Of a stretch of DNA of 64,000 nt, positions 24,449 to 37,199 are shown one piece after another (position 1 is the first letter of the stretch; each line of letters begins with the position of its first letter). The notes beneath the pieces are model-generated. The model was not told the DNA's origin. It made no database searches and was given only the letters and a program-made list of their open reading frames with translations. This stretch comes from Macrostomum lignano (taxonomy: Eukaryota): positions 1-64,000 of the forward strand of contig NIVC01002986.1 of NCBI GenBank assembly GCA_002269645.1, written 5' to 3'. The translations under genes were made by a program, and so were the position numbers.

Positions 24449-25420
24449 TAGGGATGTCGATTCCCCAGGGAATTTTCTTATCGGGGACCTGGGGAATTTA
24501 CTGTCATTCCCCGGGGACCCCGGGGAAAAAAATGAGTAAAAAACGGCGGATAACTTAGATCTTTATAAGTCACTAAGTGGCATTTTTTAAACTTTGATTA
24601 AAGCTTTGGATGGACTACATGTTCAAGGCGCAAGGGTAAAAACTTTAAGCAATGTTTGTTTAAAACTGTATTTGACAACATGGCATCACCAAATCGTGTG
24701 CGCCCCTTTATCAGAAAGGGTCCAGACTCCGGAGGCAGAAAATGCATACTCAGCAGCTGCACTCGTGGGAGGATAATTAATGAATGAGACTGTTTTTATA
24801 ATTGGAATTTTAATTTCTTGCAGATACATGTAAATCACCATTTTGTCCTGTCTAATACGGAGTATTTTGTTATTGTATGATACCCCCCTATGCGTCAGTG
24901 ACTGACACAGGATATGGCGCTGTGTCTGCGTCAAATGTGTCAAGCCGTCAACGTAGACCAACACAATAGTCAGTAAGGCTTCTTTTTCCTGACAGGTTTC
25001 TATGCTCGTACATTCAATTTGCTTGATTGAAAGACTCATAGTGAAAAAAAACATTCAAATGGGTCGCTAATTTCATAAGACCGAAATTTCACAACGCCGA
25101 AAATTCTACATGCAATACAATCCTTATTGTAAAGTTTTCTACAATGTGAAATTTTGGTCTTATGAAGTTTTGGTCTTGTGAAGTATGGTGTTTCGGCGTT
25201 GTGAAATTTCGGTCTTATGAACCCCCCCCCCATTCAAACGTGTGTTGTGTTTGAAATAATACATTGAAATAAGCAGTTTTATGGTAAAAAAAAGCATAGA
25301 CAGAGTTTCAATCAGCTTTCTGTGAATGATTTTCTTATTTAAATGGCAAAAATTTAGTTAAAAATGCTTTTTTTCTCCCCAGGGTCCCCGGTCTAATTCC
25401 CAGGGGAGTATTCCCTGACA
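24449..25420. mobile_element. Decayed hAT-like element C nested in B
   Basis: Left end TAGGGATGTCGATTCCCC. ccccggggaccccggggaaaaaaa (~24510-24535) is inverted as ttttttctccccagggtccccgg (~25370-25392). The right terminus is eroded. Confidence 0.55.
25060..25230. mobile_element. Small palindromic MITE D nested in C
   Basis: ttcataagaccgaaatttcacaacgccgaaa (25072-25102) is the perfect reverse complement of 25191-25221. The element is flanked by an 8-bp direct repeat cattcaaa (25052-25059 and 25231-25238). Confidence 0.8.
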
Positions 25421-28400
25421 AGCTCCCCAGTGCGCCGCGACCTGGCCACAGCCGCGCCGCAACAACCTGAAATTTAAAAAACACACCGAACACATGTCCA
25501 GGAAAATGTCACTTTTTCTGTTAGGGAATTATTAACTTTAACTTTTAACTTTTCAGAAGTTAAAGTTTGGGCAAAAGTTAAATAACTAACTAGTTACAGT
25601 TAATTATTTTGGAGCAATTAAATTAACTTTTTAACTTTTAACTAGTTAAAAAAATTGATAAACTTGCCCAGCACTGACGACCATAATGTTACGACCATAA
25701 GGCTGCCTTTTCTTTTGTATCTTTGTTGCCTTTTGAGTTTATATATTCTAATAAAAGAGTATGATTTCTAAAGTTGTTCTTAGTCAAATTTTAAAAATGT
25801 ATTGCAAAATATCAAAAATGAAAAATGTTATAAGACTTTTACCTTTTAGTTTCTATATGTCAAAAATCCTGTTGTTACGACCATAAGTGTCATTTAAGGT
25901 TTAATAGCATCTATACTAATGATGAAATCTATATGAAACTCTATAAATATATTCTAGACAAAATAATCTTTCATTTAAAATATTGGTTTAGTATATTCTA
26001 TTATTAGATTTCATTTTATAAGTAAAAATAACCTGTCATGTTACGACCATGCTTATATGGAATGAGCCTTGACATACTTTTTTGGAGAAACATTTTCTAT
26101 GTTATTTGTTATGTTTCTATGCCCTATATCATAAAAGTTGTAATAAATAAATACATATAGAAATTTAACATTTGAAAATGAAGTTAAAAGTTAAAGTGAG
26201 ATTAGAAAATTTGCCACAAAAATTTGTATGTCATATGCTCCAAAGACCTTAATATAGGCCCCCTATATTATTGTATTATATCATTATACTTTATTATTAT
26301 AATAGGTAAATTATAGACTGAATGATAAGACACCAAGAATTTCAAAGTCTTATAAAATCTCATCCAAGCTTCTTAAACTAAATAGTTAGAATACCAACAA
26401 TGGTAGAATGATAAATCCATAGTTCATTAGAATTATTACTCTTAAATGTTTTATCATTTTTTACTTTTTTAGTGACACAAAAATTGATATTCTTGTCAAC
26501 TAGATTTTTTAGGTTGCTAATGTATAGCCTTTAGACCAAAACATTTGAAATTTTGATTTAAAATCAAAGTTTAAGAGCCATTCACAGAGTCAGCTAGCTT
26601 GATCCAGCATAAATCAGACCAAACAAATTTTCCACTGTCTAGGATATAGCTTGATAGTTCAAGTGATACATTTAACTAACTAACTAAAATAAGTAAAAAG
26701 GCACCTCAGCCATTAAAAAGGCTCTTACGCCACTAGTAATGAATTAGGTTCCAGGTTGGGAGTGTACTAATGTACACTAGGTTCATAAGCTAGGCTAAGA
26801 GAAACTATAGCCATCAAGCCGAGCAGGCGACACCAGTTGGGCTGAGGGTGGGCCTTACCCCCTACCATCGAGGCGTCGCACCTACTCCAAGCTCAAATCA
26901 AAACCTCCCTGGGGCTAGAGAGGGTTAAGTAAACCAATCAGGGAAGCCCGTGCCTTCTCCTGGATTAGTAAAGCCAAAAAACTAGTCATATGACTGCCCC
27001 CACAGCCATGGCAACCCGAAGGAGCCTCCCCCCCACTAACCCCGGGTACTCTTGCCAAGACAGTCTCTTATCTTTGAAGCCGCAGGAGGGCTAATTGCTG
27101 GGACTATTTCACCCTTTGCTTCGCCAACCTGCCATTTATATTAGGCCGTGCCAACAGCCCCATCCTGGTCAGACTCAGTCCTGGTTTTGGCACACTCTAG
27201 CTTTAAAAGGGTCGCTGGCTGTTCGCTCAGAGGACACTCCGAGGGGGACCGTCAGAGCATCAACTGGAACAGGTATAGGCCTGCCTTCCTATACAGCTAC
27301 CCACAGCCCTTCCTGATCCACTATTACCCTCCAACCTAGCCTACTAACTCATTACAAGCTTTCAGCCAGGCAGAGGTACTGCCACGTCAGGGTCAGGGGT
27401 ACTGCAGTGTCAGGGGTACTGCGGTTAGATGTCTCTATGCGAGACAAAACCAGACAAAAATGATACATTTTTACAGATTTACTTATGAACTATGGACCAC
27501 TCAAGTATTAGTGTAGGAAGTGTTATTTTTTATTTACTGAATTATGTATTACTATTAGTAGGCCTAGCAATTTCCCAAGTTCTGTCAAAGTTATAGATAT
27601 AAAATACATAATGTTCATGCTAGTAATTTCTAATATAAACCAATATAGAGATACTAAAAATGCAGGATAACATAAACTTTGCTGATAGTTTTTTCATAAA
27701 CTTTTATTTTAATCTACAGCTCTGTTAATGACTTCATTACATTCCATTTTAGACCATTCAACAAGATCCACTGATTCGTTACATTGCTAATGAGTTCAAG
27801 CGGCATCAAGCTACTCAGGAAATTAATTGCAAAGCTCAAAATGAGGCTTCTTATTTAGCCAGCACATATTTGTCCTACCTGACTAGTTGTCAGAAGCATC
27901 AGGTTAGTTGTGCTGATTTTCTATTAAACCGTAAAAATTGTTTCAATGGGAAGATTCGCTAAACAGAACTCACAATGGCAACTGTTGGAGAGGCGACTGT
28001 TGAGTCACGAGTTCATCGCGTGAGTTGCAGAATCGTAGAAAACGATTGCAAAAAAGTTGACCAAAAGTCGCTTTGTTAGCGCTTAACTTTCTACTGACTC
28101 AAGTAGACTAAATAGAGTTTTTACAAATGCAAAATGCGATTCTAATTCATAGAGTGACGCAGATGCGCAACTCAAGTGATTCCACAGCGACCATTTTCAT
28201 CGGGTGAACAGTAAAAGCAAGCCTCTCCATCAAACACAATACTAATTTGTATTTTAGATAGATAGGCAAATTACTTTCAACCTTAAATCCAAATTCAAAT
28301 CCAATTATATATTAACTATTGCAGTCGCTGATTGACACCTACGGCGCCAAAGGTGAACGCACGACCAAGCAGGCTGCTCGATTAGTTGGTCTAGACGTTC

Positions 28401-28798
28401 CTGACACACCTAGCCAGTGATTTGCGGGGACTTAAACATCTATATTGTTGAAGAAACTGACTTATTACTAAATAATTTGCCTGTTGAAAGTTAGAAGACT
28501 GTATTATTTAACCGAAATATCAAATAAAACTGTTAGTATCGATACTGATTGTCATTTTTTTGTTTTGTGTTGCAAACTTGACGAATTCTGCTTTCAATTA
28601 TTCTTAGTCGCATTTCTAAGAGTAGTTTACCTAGTTGCTAGCTGAGCTTTGCTTTGTGTGTAACACTTCAAGGTCAAAACTTAAAACTTCCATCTGGCTA
28701 TTAGTTGATAACAGACTGTGTTACATTCAAGTTCTAACTCGCCTTGTTGTTTAAAATTGTTTCAAAATATAGAATAAATTAAGTTAAGATGGTCTATG

Positions 28799-29355
<557 letters not shown>

Positions 29356-29489
29356 TAGAAATAGAGAACTCGTGCTCATTATCGCTAAAAGCTGTAGGGC
29401 TTAAAGTTCTAATGGGCGCTACTATGAGTAGAAATGCACGCTCAAATCGCTAATTTCTCATTGGCCCTACTGAACCTGCAGCCACAGCC

Positions 29490-29813
29490 ATGGACGTTGA
29501 CAGCCCAGCCTCCGCCTCCGCGTCATCTGCCGCTGCCAGTCGCAAGCGCTTCGAAGTGAAAAAGTGGAACGCCGTAGCGTTGTGGGCCTGGGACATTCAA
29601 GTTGACACGTGCGCCATCTGCCGCAACCACATCATGGACCTGTGCATCGAGTGCCAGGCCAACCAGGCCTCAGCTACCAGCGAAGAGTGCACAGTGGCCT
29701 GGGGCGTCTGCAATCACGCCTTCCATTTTCATTGCATCTCGCGTTGGCTGAAAACTCGCCAAGTTTGCCCGCTGGACAATCGCGAGTGGGAGTTCCAGAA
29801 GTACGGGCACTAG
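29490..29813 (+). CDS. RBX1: RING-box protein 1 (ROC1), cullin-RING ligase subunit, intronless, 107 aa
   Basis: [89 protein letters not shown] is nearly identical to the canonical RBX1 RING-H2 sequence. Confidence 0.99.
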   Translation: MDVDSPASASASSAAASRKRFEVKKWNAVALWAWDIQVDTCAICRNHIMDLCIECQANQASATSEECTVAWGVCNHAFHFHCISRWLKTRQVCPLDNREWEFQKYGH

Positions 29814-30156
29814 AGTGTCGCGTTGTTGGGGATTAACTGCGATGTTTTTTGGAGGGTTTATTCGCTTAAAAAACCATTTCTTAATTGTTGTTTTATTCAG
29901 TAGTCTTGATTTCTTTTCTAAGAAATCCAAGTGTCCCGTATACGTTTACTAAAGTACTCGGTAAGTTTGTTAACGTAATTCATTTGATAATGTTTAAAAA
30001 ATAACTTCTTACGCAAGCTTATAATGTTCGTGTATTTGGCAGATTGAATTCGCGTGGTTCTTTTTCTGTTTCAAATTATAAAAGCTTTGACGACTATTGT
30101 ATATCTTTATAATATGCTTGTTTATTTATTTACGAGTACATTGATAATAATAGGGC

Positions 30157-31008
30157 TTAGAGTTCAGGTATTCGATTCTGAGTAGATTAGAGTTCAGGTA
30201 TTCTATTGAGTAGATTAGAGATGATTGGATGAGGTATTCAATTCTGAGTAAATTAAAGTTCAGGTATTCGATTCTGAGTAGATTAAAGTTCAGGTATTCG
30301 ATTCTGAGTAGATTAAAGTTCAGGTATTCGATTCTGAGTAGATTAGAGTTCAGTTATTCGATTCTAAGTAGATTAGAGTTCAGGTATTCGATTCTGAATA
30401 GATTAGCGTTCAGTTATTCGATTCTGAGTAGATTAGAGTTCAGGTATTCGATTCTAAGTAAATAAGAGTTCAGGTATTCGATTCTAAGTAGATAAGAGTT
30501 CAGTTATTCGATTCCAAGTAGATTAGAGTTCAGGTATTCGATTCTGAATAGATTAGCGTTCAGTTATTCGATTCTGAGTAGATTAGAGTTCAGGTATTCG
30601 ATTCTGAATAGATTAGCGTTCAGTTATTCGATTCTGAGTAGATTAGAGTTCAGGTATTCGATTCTGAGTAGATTAGAGTTCAGGTATTCGATTCTGAGTA
30701 GATTAGAGTTCAGGTATTCGATTCTGAATAGATTAGCGTTCAGTTATTCGATTCTGAGTAGATTAGAGTTCAGGTATTCGATTCTGAGTAGATTAGAGTT
30801 CAGGTATTCGATTCTGAATAGATTAGAGTTCAGGTATTCGATTCTGAATAGATTAGCGTTCAGGTATTCGATTCTGAGTAGATTAAAGTTCAGGTATTCG
30901 ATTCTGAATAGATTTGCGTTCAGGTATTCGATTCTGAGTAGATTAGAGTTCAGGTATTCGATTCTGAGTAGATTAGAGTTCGGGTATTCGATTCTGAGTA
31001 GATTAGAG
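30157..31008. repeat. 30-bp minisatellite (gttcaggtattcgattctgagtagattaga), ~28 copies
   Basis: Highly homogeneous tandem array between RBX1 and the ZIP gene. Confidence 0.98.
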
Positions 31009-31103
31009 TATTTTCAATTCATTCCGACGTCGATTTCAGCTCTAATCGCCCCAGCTTAGCTGGGAAACCAGTCAGCGAGTTTAATCTCCCCATTTCTATC
31101 AGC

Positions 31104-34100
31104 ATGACATTCACCGTAGTAGATCTCAAAGTGACGCTTCTGTCACTAATGGCAACGACAGTTCTAGCAGTCTGCTTAGGCCCAGTGTACGCACTGCACA
31201 GGATTCGCAACTCAGAATTGGCATCTAGATTTGCTCGCGGTCACGTTGAAGAACGTCGCAGGCGTCGACTCCGCGAACTGTGGGTGTCGCGTATGTCGGT
31301 ATTCGCCGCTGGCGTGTTCGTGTCGGTCGGCCTGATGGACCTGTTCCCCGACGCCTACGGCGATCTCAGCGAAGCAGCTGACGTTTATCGTTGGCGAATG
31401 CGCCGGTTTCCGCTGTCTTATTTTTTAATGCTGTGCGGCTTCTTCATGGTGCTAGTGCTGGAGCAGGTTGTGCTCAGCTGCCGAGAGCGTCAGATGTTGA
31501 GCCAGTCGGGTCGGTCCCAGAAACGGAGAGATAAGCGAATGAAGGAAAGAGAACCTGCAGCTGTCAACAACTCGGTAGAAACCGACGCCTTGCTTGGCCA
31601 GCCAATCAGAACAGGCCGCGCTAATGTACCGGCCGCTCTGATTGGCTACGGCACTTCGCATATGTTAGCTAATAGTAGTAGTCAATCAATTTCAGTTGCT
31701 AGGCGAGCCAGGTCTCTGTCGGACATCGCCGCGTCCTGGCGTCAGGCCGGGGAGTTCGACGAATTCCCATCGATTGTTGGCATCCGGGCTGAGCCTGTGC
31801 TGCCGCCGCCGCCCGCCCCCTGGAGTGCCGGGGCCGGGGCAGCGCGTCGGTATGGCGGAGTCGATGATGACAATGATGACGTCATCATAGCGACGAGTCA
31901 GGCCGAGGCGGCGGCAGCCGTGGCCGAGATTGAAGCCGCTCTGTCCGAGGAGGACACAGCGTCGAGTATGGCGCACGAGTGCGACCACCGAAGTCATAGG
32001 GATCATAATAATTTTGTTAGCGGCAGTCAGGTGAGATCATATTGCCTGTGTCAGTGGGGAATTGCTCAGATTGCCTGTGTGTCAGTGGCGAATTTCTCAG
32101 ATTGCCTGTGTCAGTGGGGAATTGCTCAGATTGCCTGTGTCAGTGGGGAATTGCTCAGATTGCCTGTGTGTCAGTGGGGAATTGCTCAGATTGCCTGTGT
32201 CAGTGGCGAATTTCTCAGATTGCCTGTGTGTCAGTGGGGAAATTGCTCAGACTGCCTGTGTGGTAAAGGGGAATTTCTCAGACTGCCTGTGTGTCAGTGG
32301 GGAAATTGCTCAGACTGCCTGTGTGGTAAAGGGGAATTGCTCAGACTGCCTGTGTGTCAGTGGGGAATTGCTCAGACTGCCTGTGTGTCAGTGGGGAATT
32401 GCTCAGACTGCCTGTGTCAGTGGGGAAATTGCTCAGACTGCCTGTGTGTCAGTGGGGAAATTGCTCAGACTGCCTGTGTGTCAGTGGGGAATTGCTCAGA
32501 CTGCCTGTGTGTCAGTGGGGAAATTGCTCAGACTGCCTGTGTGTCAGTGGGGAATTGCTCAGACTGCCTGTGTGTCAGTGGGGAATTTCTCAGATTGCTT
32601 GTGTGTCAGTGGGGAATTTCTCAGACTGCCTGTGTTAAAGGGGAATTTCTCAGATTGCCAAGACCAGTAAAGTAGTAAATCGGCCCTAAGCCAAAGCGGT
32701 TGATCGAGGTCCGAAAACTGTCTCAAAAGGCTCTAATAGGAGTCTTTCGTGTTTCCATCGCGTGTTGAAAATTTAGGTTTTTCACTGGCGTATTTTGCGA
32801 ATCGCCATCCTTTGTGAATTGGACTGTAAAGTAGCCAGCCTGAACGACTTTCAATATCTAGAAATAAATCGCTTTTTAAGACTTCAACTACTTTTCCTTT
32901 GACCTGTGAAGCTTTGAATGTTGTATCATTTTTGTCCTGTTACAAATGGAAATTTGCGGCTGTGTTTTCAAAGTAGATACGAGTCTTCTCGTGTGTCAAT
33001 GTGTTTTGAAATAATGAGTCTCAATCTGTCTTCAAATGAGTCTCACTGTGTCTCGAAATGAGTCTCACTGTGTCTCGAAATGAGTCTCAGTGTCTCGAAA
33101 TGAGTCTCAGTGTCTCGAAATGAGTCTCACTGTGTCTCGAAATGAGTCTCACTGTGTCTCGAAATGAGTCTTATGTCTCGAAATGAGTCTCACTGTGTCT
33201 CGAAATGAGTCTCACTGTGTCTCGAAATGAGTCTCACTGTGTCTCGAAATGAGTCTCACTGTGTCTCGGAATGAGTCTCACTGTGTCTGGAAATGAGTCT
33301 CACTGTGTCTCGGAATGAGTCTCACTGTGTCTGGAAATGAGTCTCACTGTGTCTCGAAATGAGTCTCACTGTGTCTCGAAATGAGTCTCACTGTGTCTCG
33401 AAATGAGTCTCACTGTGTCTCGGAATGAGTCTCACTGTGTCTGGAAATGAGTCTCACTGTGTCTCGATATGAGTCTCACTGTGTCTTGATATGAGTCTCA
33501 CTGTGTCTCGATATGAGTCTCACTGTGTCTTGATATGAGTCTCACTGTGTCTCGAAATGAGTCTCACTGTGTCTCGAAATGAGTCTCACTGTGTCTCGAA
33601 ATGAGTCTCAGTGTGTCTCGAAATGGGTCGGGTCTCACTGTGTCCTTAAACAACGAGTCTCAATATCTCCAAGACTGCTCATCATTCTACCTGTAATTAT
33701 AACCGCTGACAGATTCGCACGGTACTACTCGTGGCTGCAATGTCCGTGCACTCCCTATTCGAGGGTCTGTCACTCGGCCTCATACCAGCTGTTGACAACG
33801 CGGCCAGCTTATTCGCTGCCATACTACTGCACAAGCTAGTAGTAGCATTCAGCATTGGAATGCAGCTGAGCTCATCTGGCCTGTCACTTTGTACAGTGAT
33901 CGCCTGCGGCTGCGTGTTTGCTCTGATGAGCCCGGCTGGCTGTGGCTTGGGCATGCTGGTGATTGAGTTTGTCAATCACTCGGCTGCCAAGCTGGTTAGC
34001 GGTGTGCTTCAATCCATCACATCCGGCACGTTTCTCTATGTTGCATTCTTTGAAGTGCTGCCGCACGAGTTCAACACTGGCCGGGACCGGCTGGGCAAGC

Positions 34101-34174
34101 TGCTGGCTCTGGTGCTGGGTTTTGCTACGGTCTGCATCTACGTGTTTATCGACTCGCTGAAGGATGCCGACTAG
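31104..34174 (+). CDS. ZIP (SLC39A1-3-like) zinc transporter, 2 exons: 31104-32030 and 33713-34174, 462 aa
   Basis: Exon 1 has FAAGVFVSVGLMDLFPDA...FPLSYFLMLCGFFMVLVLEQ and ends at CAG|GTGAGA (phase 0). Exon 2 follows TGACAG| and reads IRTVLLVAAMSVHSLFEGLSLG...LLHKLVVAFSIG...SITSGTFLYVAFFEVLPHEF, containing the ZIP TM4 HSxxEG and TM5 HK motifs. Confidence 0.93.
32040..32660. repeat. ~26-30 bp intronic minisatellite (gtgtcagtggggaattgctcagactgcct)
   Basis: Tandem array starting ~10 nt into the ZIP intron. Confidence 0.97.
33012..33660. repeat. 22-bp intronic minisatellite (gaaatgagtctcactgtgtctc)
   Basis: Tandem array ending ~50 nt before the ZIP exon-2 acceptor. Confidence 0.97.
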
Positions 34175-34195
34175 ACAGTAGACAGTCTTACCCTA

Positions 34196-35445
34196 GTTCT
34201 CACCCTTCATGTTCTCAATCAGCTCCCCTACATCTCATTATTCATGTTCTCAATCACCTTCCCTACATCTCATCCTTCGTGTTCTCAATCAGCTTCCCTA
34301 CATCTCACCCTTCATGTTCTCAGTCACCTTCCCTACATCTCACCCTTCATGTTCTCAGTCACCTTCCCTACATCTCATTCTTCGTGTTCTCAATCAGCTT
34401 CCCTACATCTCATTCTTCGTGTTCTCAATCAGCTTCCCTACATCTCATTCTTCGTGTTCTCAATCAGCTTCCCTACATCTCATCCTTCGTGTTCTCAATC
34501 AGCTTCCCTAAATCTCATCCTTCGTGTTCTCAATCAGCTTCCCTACATCTCATCCTTCGTGTTCTCAATCAGCTTCCCTACATCTCATCCTTCGTGTTCT
34601 CAATCAGCTTCCCTACATCTCACCCTTCGTGTTCTCAATCAGCTTCCCTACATCTCACCCTTCATGTTCTCAATCAGCTTCCCTAAATCTCATTCTTCGT
34701 ATTCTCAATCAGCTTCCCTACATCTCACCCTTCATGTTCTCAATCAGCTTCCCTACATCTCATTCTTCGTATTCTCAATCAGCTTCCCTACATCTCATCC
34801 TTCGTGTTCTCAATCAGCTTCCCTACATCTCATCCTTCGTGTTCTCAATCAGCTTCCCTACATCTCATCCTTCGTGTTCTCAATCAGCTTCCCTACATCT
34901 CATCCTTCGTGTTCTCAATCAGCTTCCCTACATCTCATTCTTCGTGTTCTCAATCAGCTTCCCTAAATCTCATCCTTCGTGTTCTCAATCAGCTTCCCTA
35001 CATCTCATTCTTCGTATTCTCAATCAGCTTCCCTACATCTCATTCTTCGTGTTCTCAATCAGCTTCCCTACATCTCATCCTTCGTGTTCTCAATCAGCTT
35101 CCCTACATCTCATTCTTCGTATTCTCAATCAGCTTCCCTACATCTCATTCTTCGTATTCTCAATCAGCTTCCCTACATCTCATTCTTCATGTTCTCACTC
35201 ACCTTCCCTACTTCTCACCCTTCATGTTCTCACTCACCTTCCCTACTTCTCACCCTTCATGTTCTCACTCACCTTCCCTACTTCTCACCCTTCATGTTCT
35301 CAATCTTCCCAAGTTCCCACCCTGCTTCTCACCCTTTATGTTCTCAATCTTCCCACCCTGCTTCTCACCCTTTATGTTTTCAGTCACCTACCCTAATACT
35401 CACCCTTCATGTTGTCACTCACCTTCCCTACTTCTCACCCTTCAT
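34196..35445. repeat. 35-bp minisatellite (catccttcgtgttctcaatcagcttccctacatct)
   Basis: About 35 tandem copies, starting ~20 nt after the ZIP stop codon. Confidence 0.98.
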
Positions 35446-35999
35446 GCTCCCAGTCTGTCTCCCCTACAAGTGTTACTGGACTTCCGTCAATAACTTTATT
35501 ATTTTATCTACGCAGTTGGTAATTTTCGCCGACATTCAATTGTCATTACAGCTCTGATTTTATATGATTAACGTTTTCCGTGTGCTTATTATACGTAAAT
35601 GCTACAGAGCTGATTCTACTATGCCATTAGTATTTACTAGATTTGCATAATTAGCCACTATTCGCACATCTTTGCATTCGCGTTCTGAAAGTCTTTCCTA
35701 TATGCTAGTTATTTAATGTTTGTAATGTTTTTTTTTACCTTCGTGAAAACAATCTGAGGAGGTGTTACAGTGCGATTGCTTTTAAGAGATTGTGAAAATT
35801 AAAATGCGTCAAGAGTCAAGGCTTTTCTCGGTTGACTTGCATTGCAAAAGACTGCTAACCACTACTGCATTGGGTTCTTAGCCTACCTAATGTTAAAGTT
35901 TGGGTTTAAGACTCTGGCCACATGCGGCCTGCGAAGCCTCTCTATCCGGCCCTCGGGTCCTTTGAAACTTCACACTAGCAATTCGGCCCGCTCAGGGCT

Positions 36000-36567
36000 T
36001 GTGTCTCTTCTCAGCTCTCTTCTGTTTGATCTTATCTCTTCTCTTTTCTCTCCCTTCTTTCCTCTCTCCTCCTCTTCTCTCTTCTCTCCTCTCCTCTCCT
36101 ATCTTCTCTGTCCTCTCCCTTCTCTCCTCTCTCCTCCTCTTCTCTCTTCTCTCCTCTCCTCTCCTATCTTCTCTGTCCTCTCCCTTCTCTCCTCTCTCCT
36201 CCTCTTCTCTCTTCTCTCCTCTCCTCTCCTATCTTCTCTGTCCTCTCCCTTCTCTCCTCTCTCCTCCTCTTCTCTCTTCTCTCCTCTCCTCTCCTATCTT
36301 CTCTGTCCTCTCCTCTTCTCTCCTCTCTCCTCCTCTTCTCTCTTCTCTCCTCTCCTCTCCTATCTTCTCTGTCCTCTCCTCTTCTCTCCTCTCTCCTCCT
36401 CTTCTTCTCTTCTCTCCTCTCCTCTTCTCTCCTCTCTCCTCCTCTTCTCTCTTCTCTCCTCTCCTCGTCTCTTCTCGTCTCCTCGCCTCGCCTCTCCTCT
36501 TTTCTCTCCCCTCTATCCTCATCTCTCCTCTCCTCTCCTCTCCTATTTTATTTCTCTTCTCGTCTCC
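36000..36567. repeat. CT-rich polypyrimidine tract with ~65-bp higher-order unit
   Basis: ctatcttctctgtcctc recurs at ~65-bp spacing within (TCC/TCT)-rich sequence. Confidence 0.95.
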
Positions 36568-37199
36568 TCTGGCTAGATTCTGTATTTGGCCCTGCAGTTA
36601 AGAAAATTTTTGCCCACCCCAAGTTTAAAAATAGCCTTGCAGATTTTGGTTAGGATTAGGGTTACGTTTGGCAGTCAACGTTTGGCGTTTGTAGACCCTG
36701 AATCTGGTGCACTTTGCGGTGGGCCTAAGTAACGCCTACTAATTTAAATATTTATACAGTATTACAGTGTTACGTATATTACACAGTGATTCGAGGACAC
36801 CCAAATCGATTTCTGTCTGTACAGTTTATTTTTTTAATTAAACTTCTCTCAGAGTGATCGTCCGTGCATACCTTTTTCTATGCTTATAAATATTAGTTTT
36901 ACTACTATTATTCAGAATCTGAGAAATTTTAGAGAGGAAATTCTCGAAGTTGTCTCGGTAAAATGTTTCTTATTTAATTTTAACAAAGTATTTAATTTTA
37001 GTGCTGCTATATTTATTATTGGCTGTATGTTGTCTAATTATAATAGACTATTATATCGTCTCATAAAATTAAACACGAATATGAATAATGATGATTTAAA
37101 AATTATTTTATTAAACCTTTTTATTCTGTAGCTACTAAGCAGCTGCGCTATAATAATTAAAATTCTTGCTATTCTCTCGTTGTATTGTAATCCTTTTTG

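Larger units (their letters stand above)
24037..25676. mobile_element. hAT-type non-autonomous element B nested in A
   Basis: TIR CAGTGCTGGGCA / TGCCCAGCACTG, with an 8-bp TSD ACGACCAT at 24029-24036 and 25677-25684. Subterminal ttaactagttaa repeats occur at both ends. Confidence 0.9.
23635..26068. mobile_element. Non-autonomous DNA transposon A (17-bp perfect TIR GGCTCATTCCATATAAG, 4-bp TTGA direct repeat)
   Basis: TIRs at 23635-23651 and 26052-26068, with TTGA at 23631-23634 and 26069-26072. The subterminal motif tgttacgaccat is repeated at ~24026, ~25688, ~25873 and ~26039. Confidence 0.8.

Noticed and set aside
26780-27400. GC-richer island resembling a retroelement 5' UTR; checked by eye for hammerhead/HDV ribozyme cores
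   Set aside because: No CTGANGA...GAAA core with flanking stems and no ORF similarity were recognised. An Infernal search would be needed.
32031-32675. Cys-rich C-terminal extension of the 523-aa ORF at 31104 (a metallothionein-like tail on a zinc transporter)
   Set aside because: It is read-through into an intronic minisatellite past the CAG|GTGAGA donor. The real ZIP TM4-8 are in the exon at 33713.
34209-36601. Hydrophobic Ser/Leu/Pro-rich ORFs of 100-290 aa
   Set aside because: These are translations of the 35-bp and CT-rich repeats.
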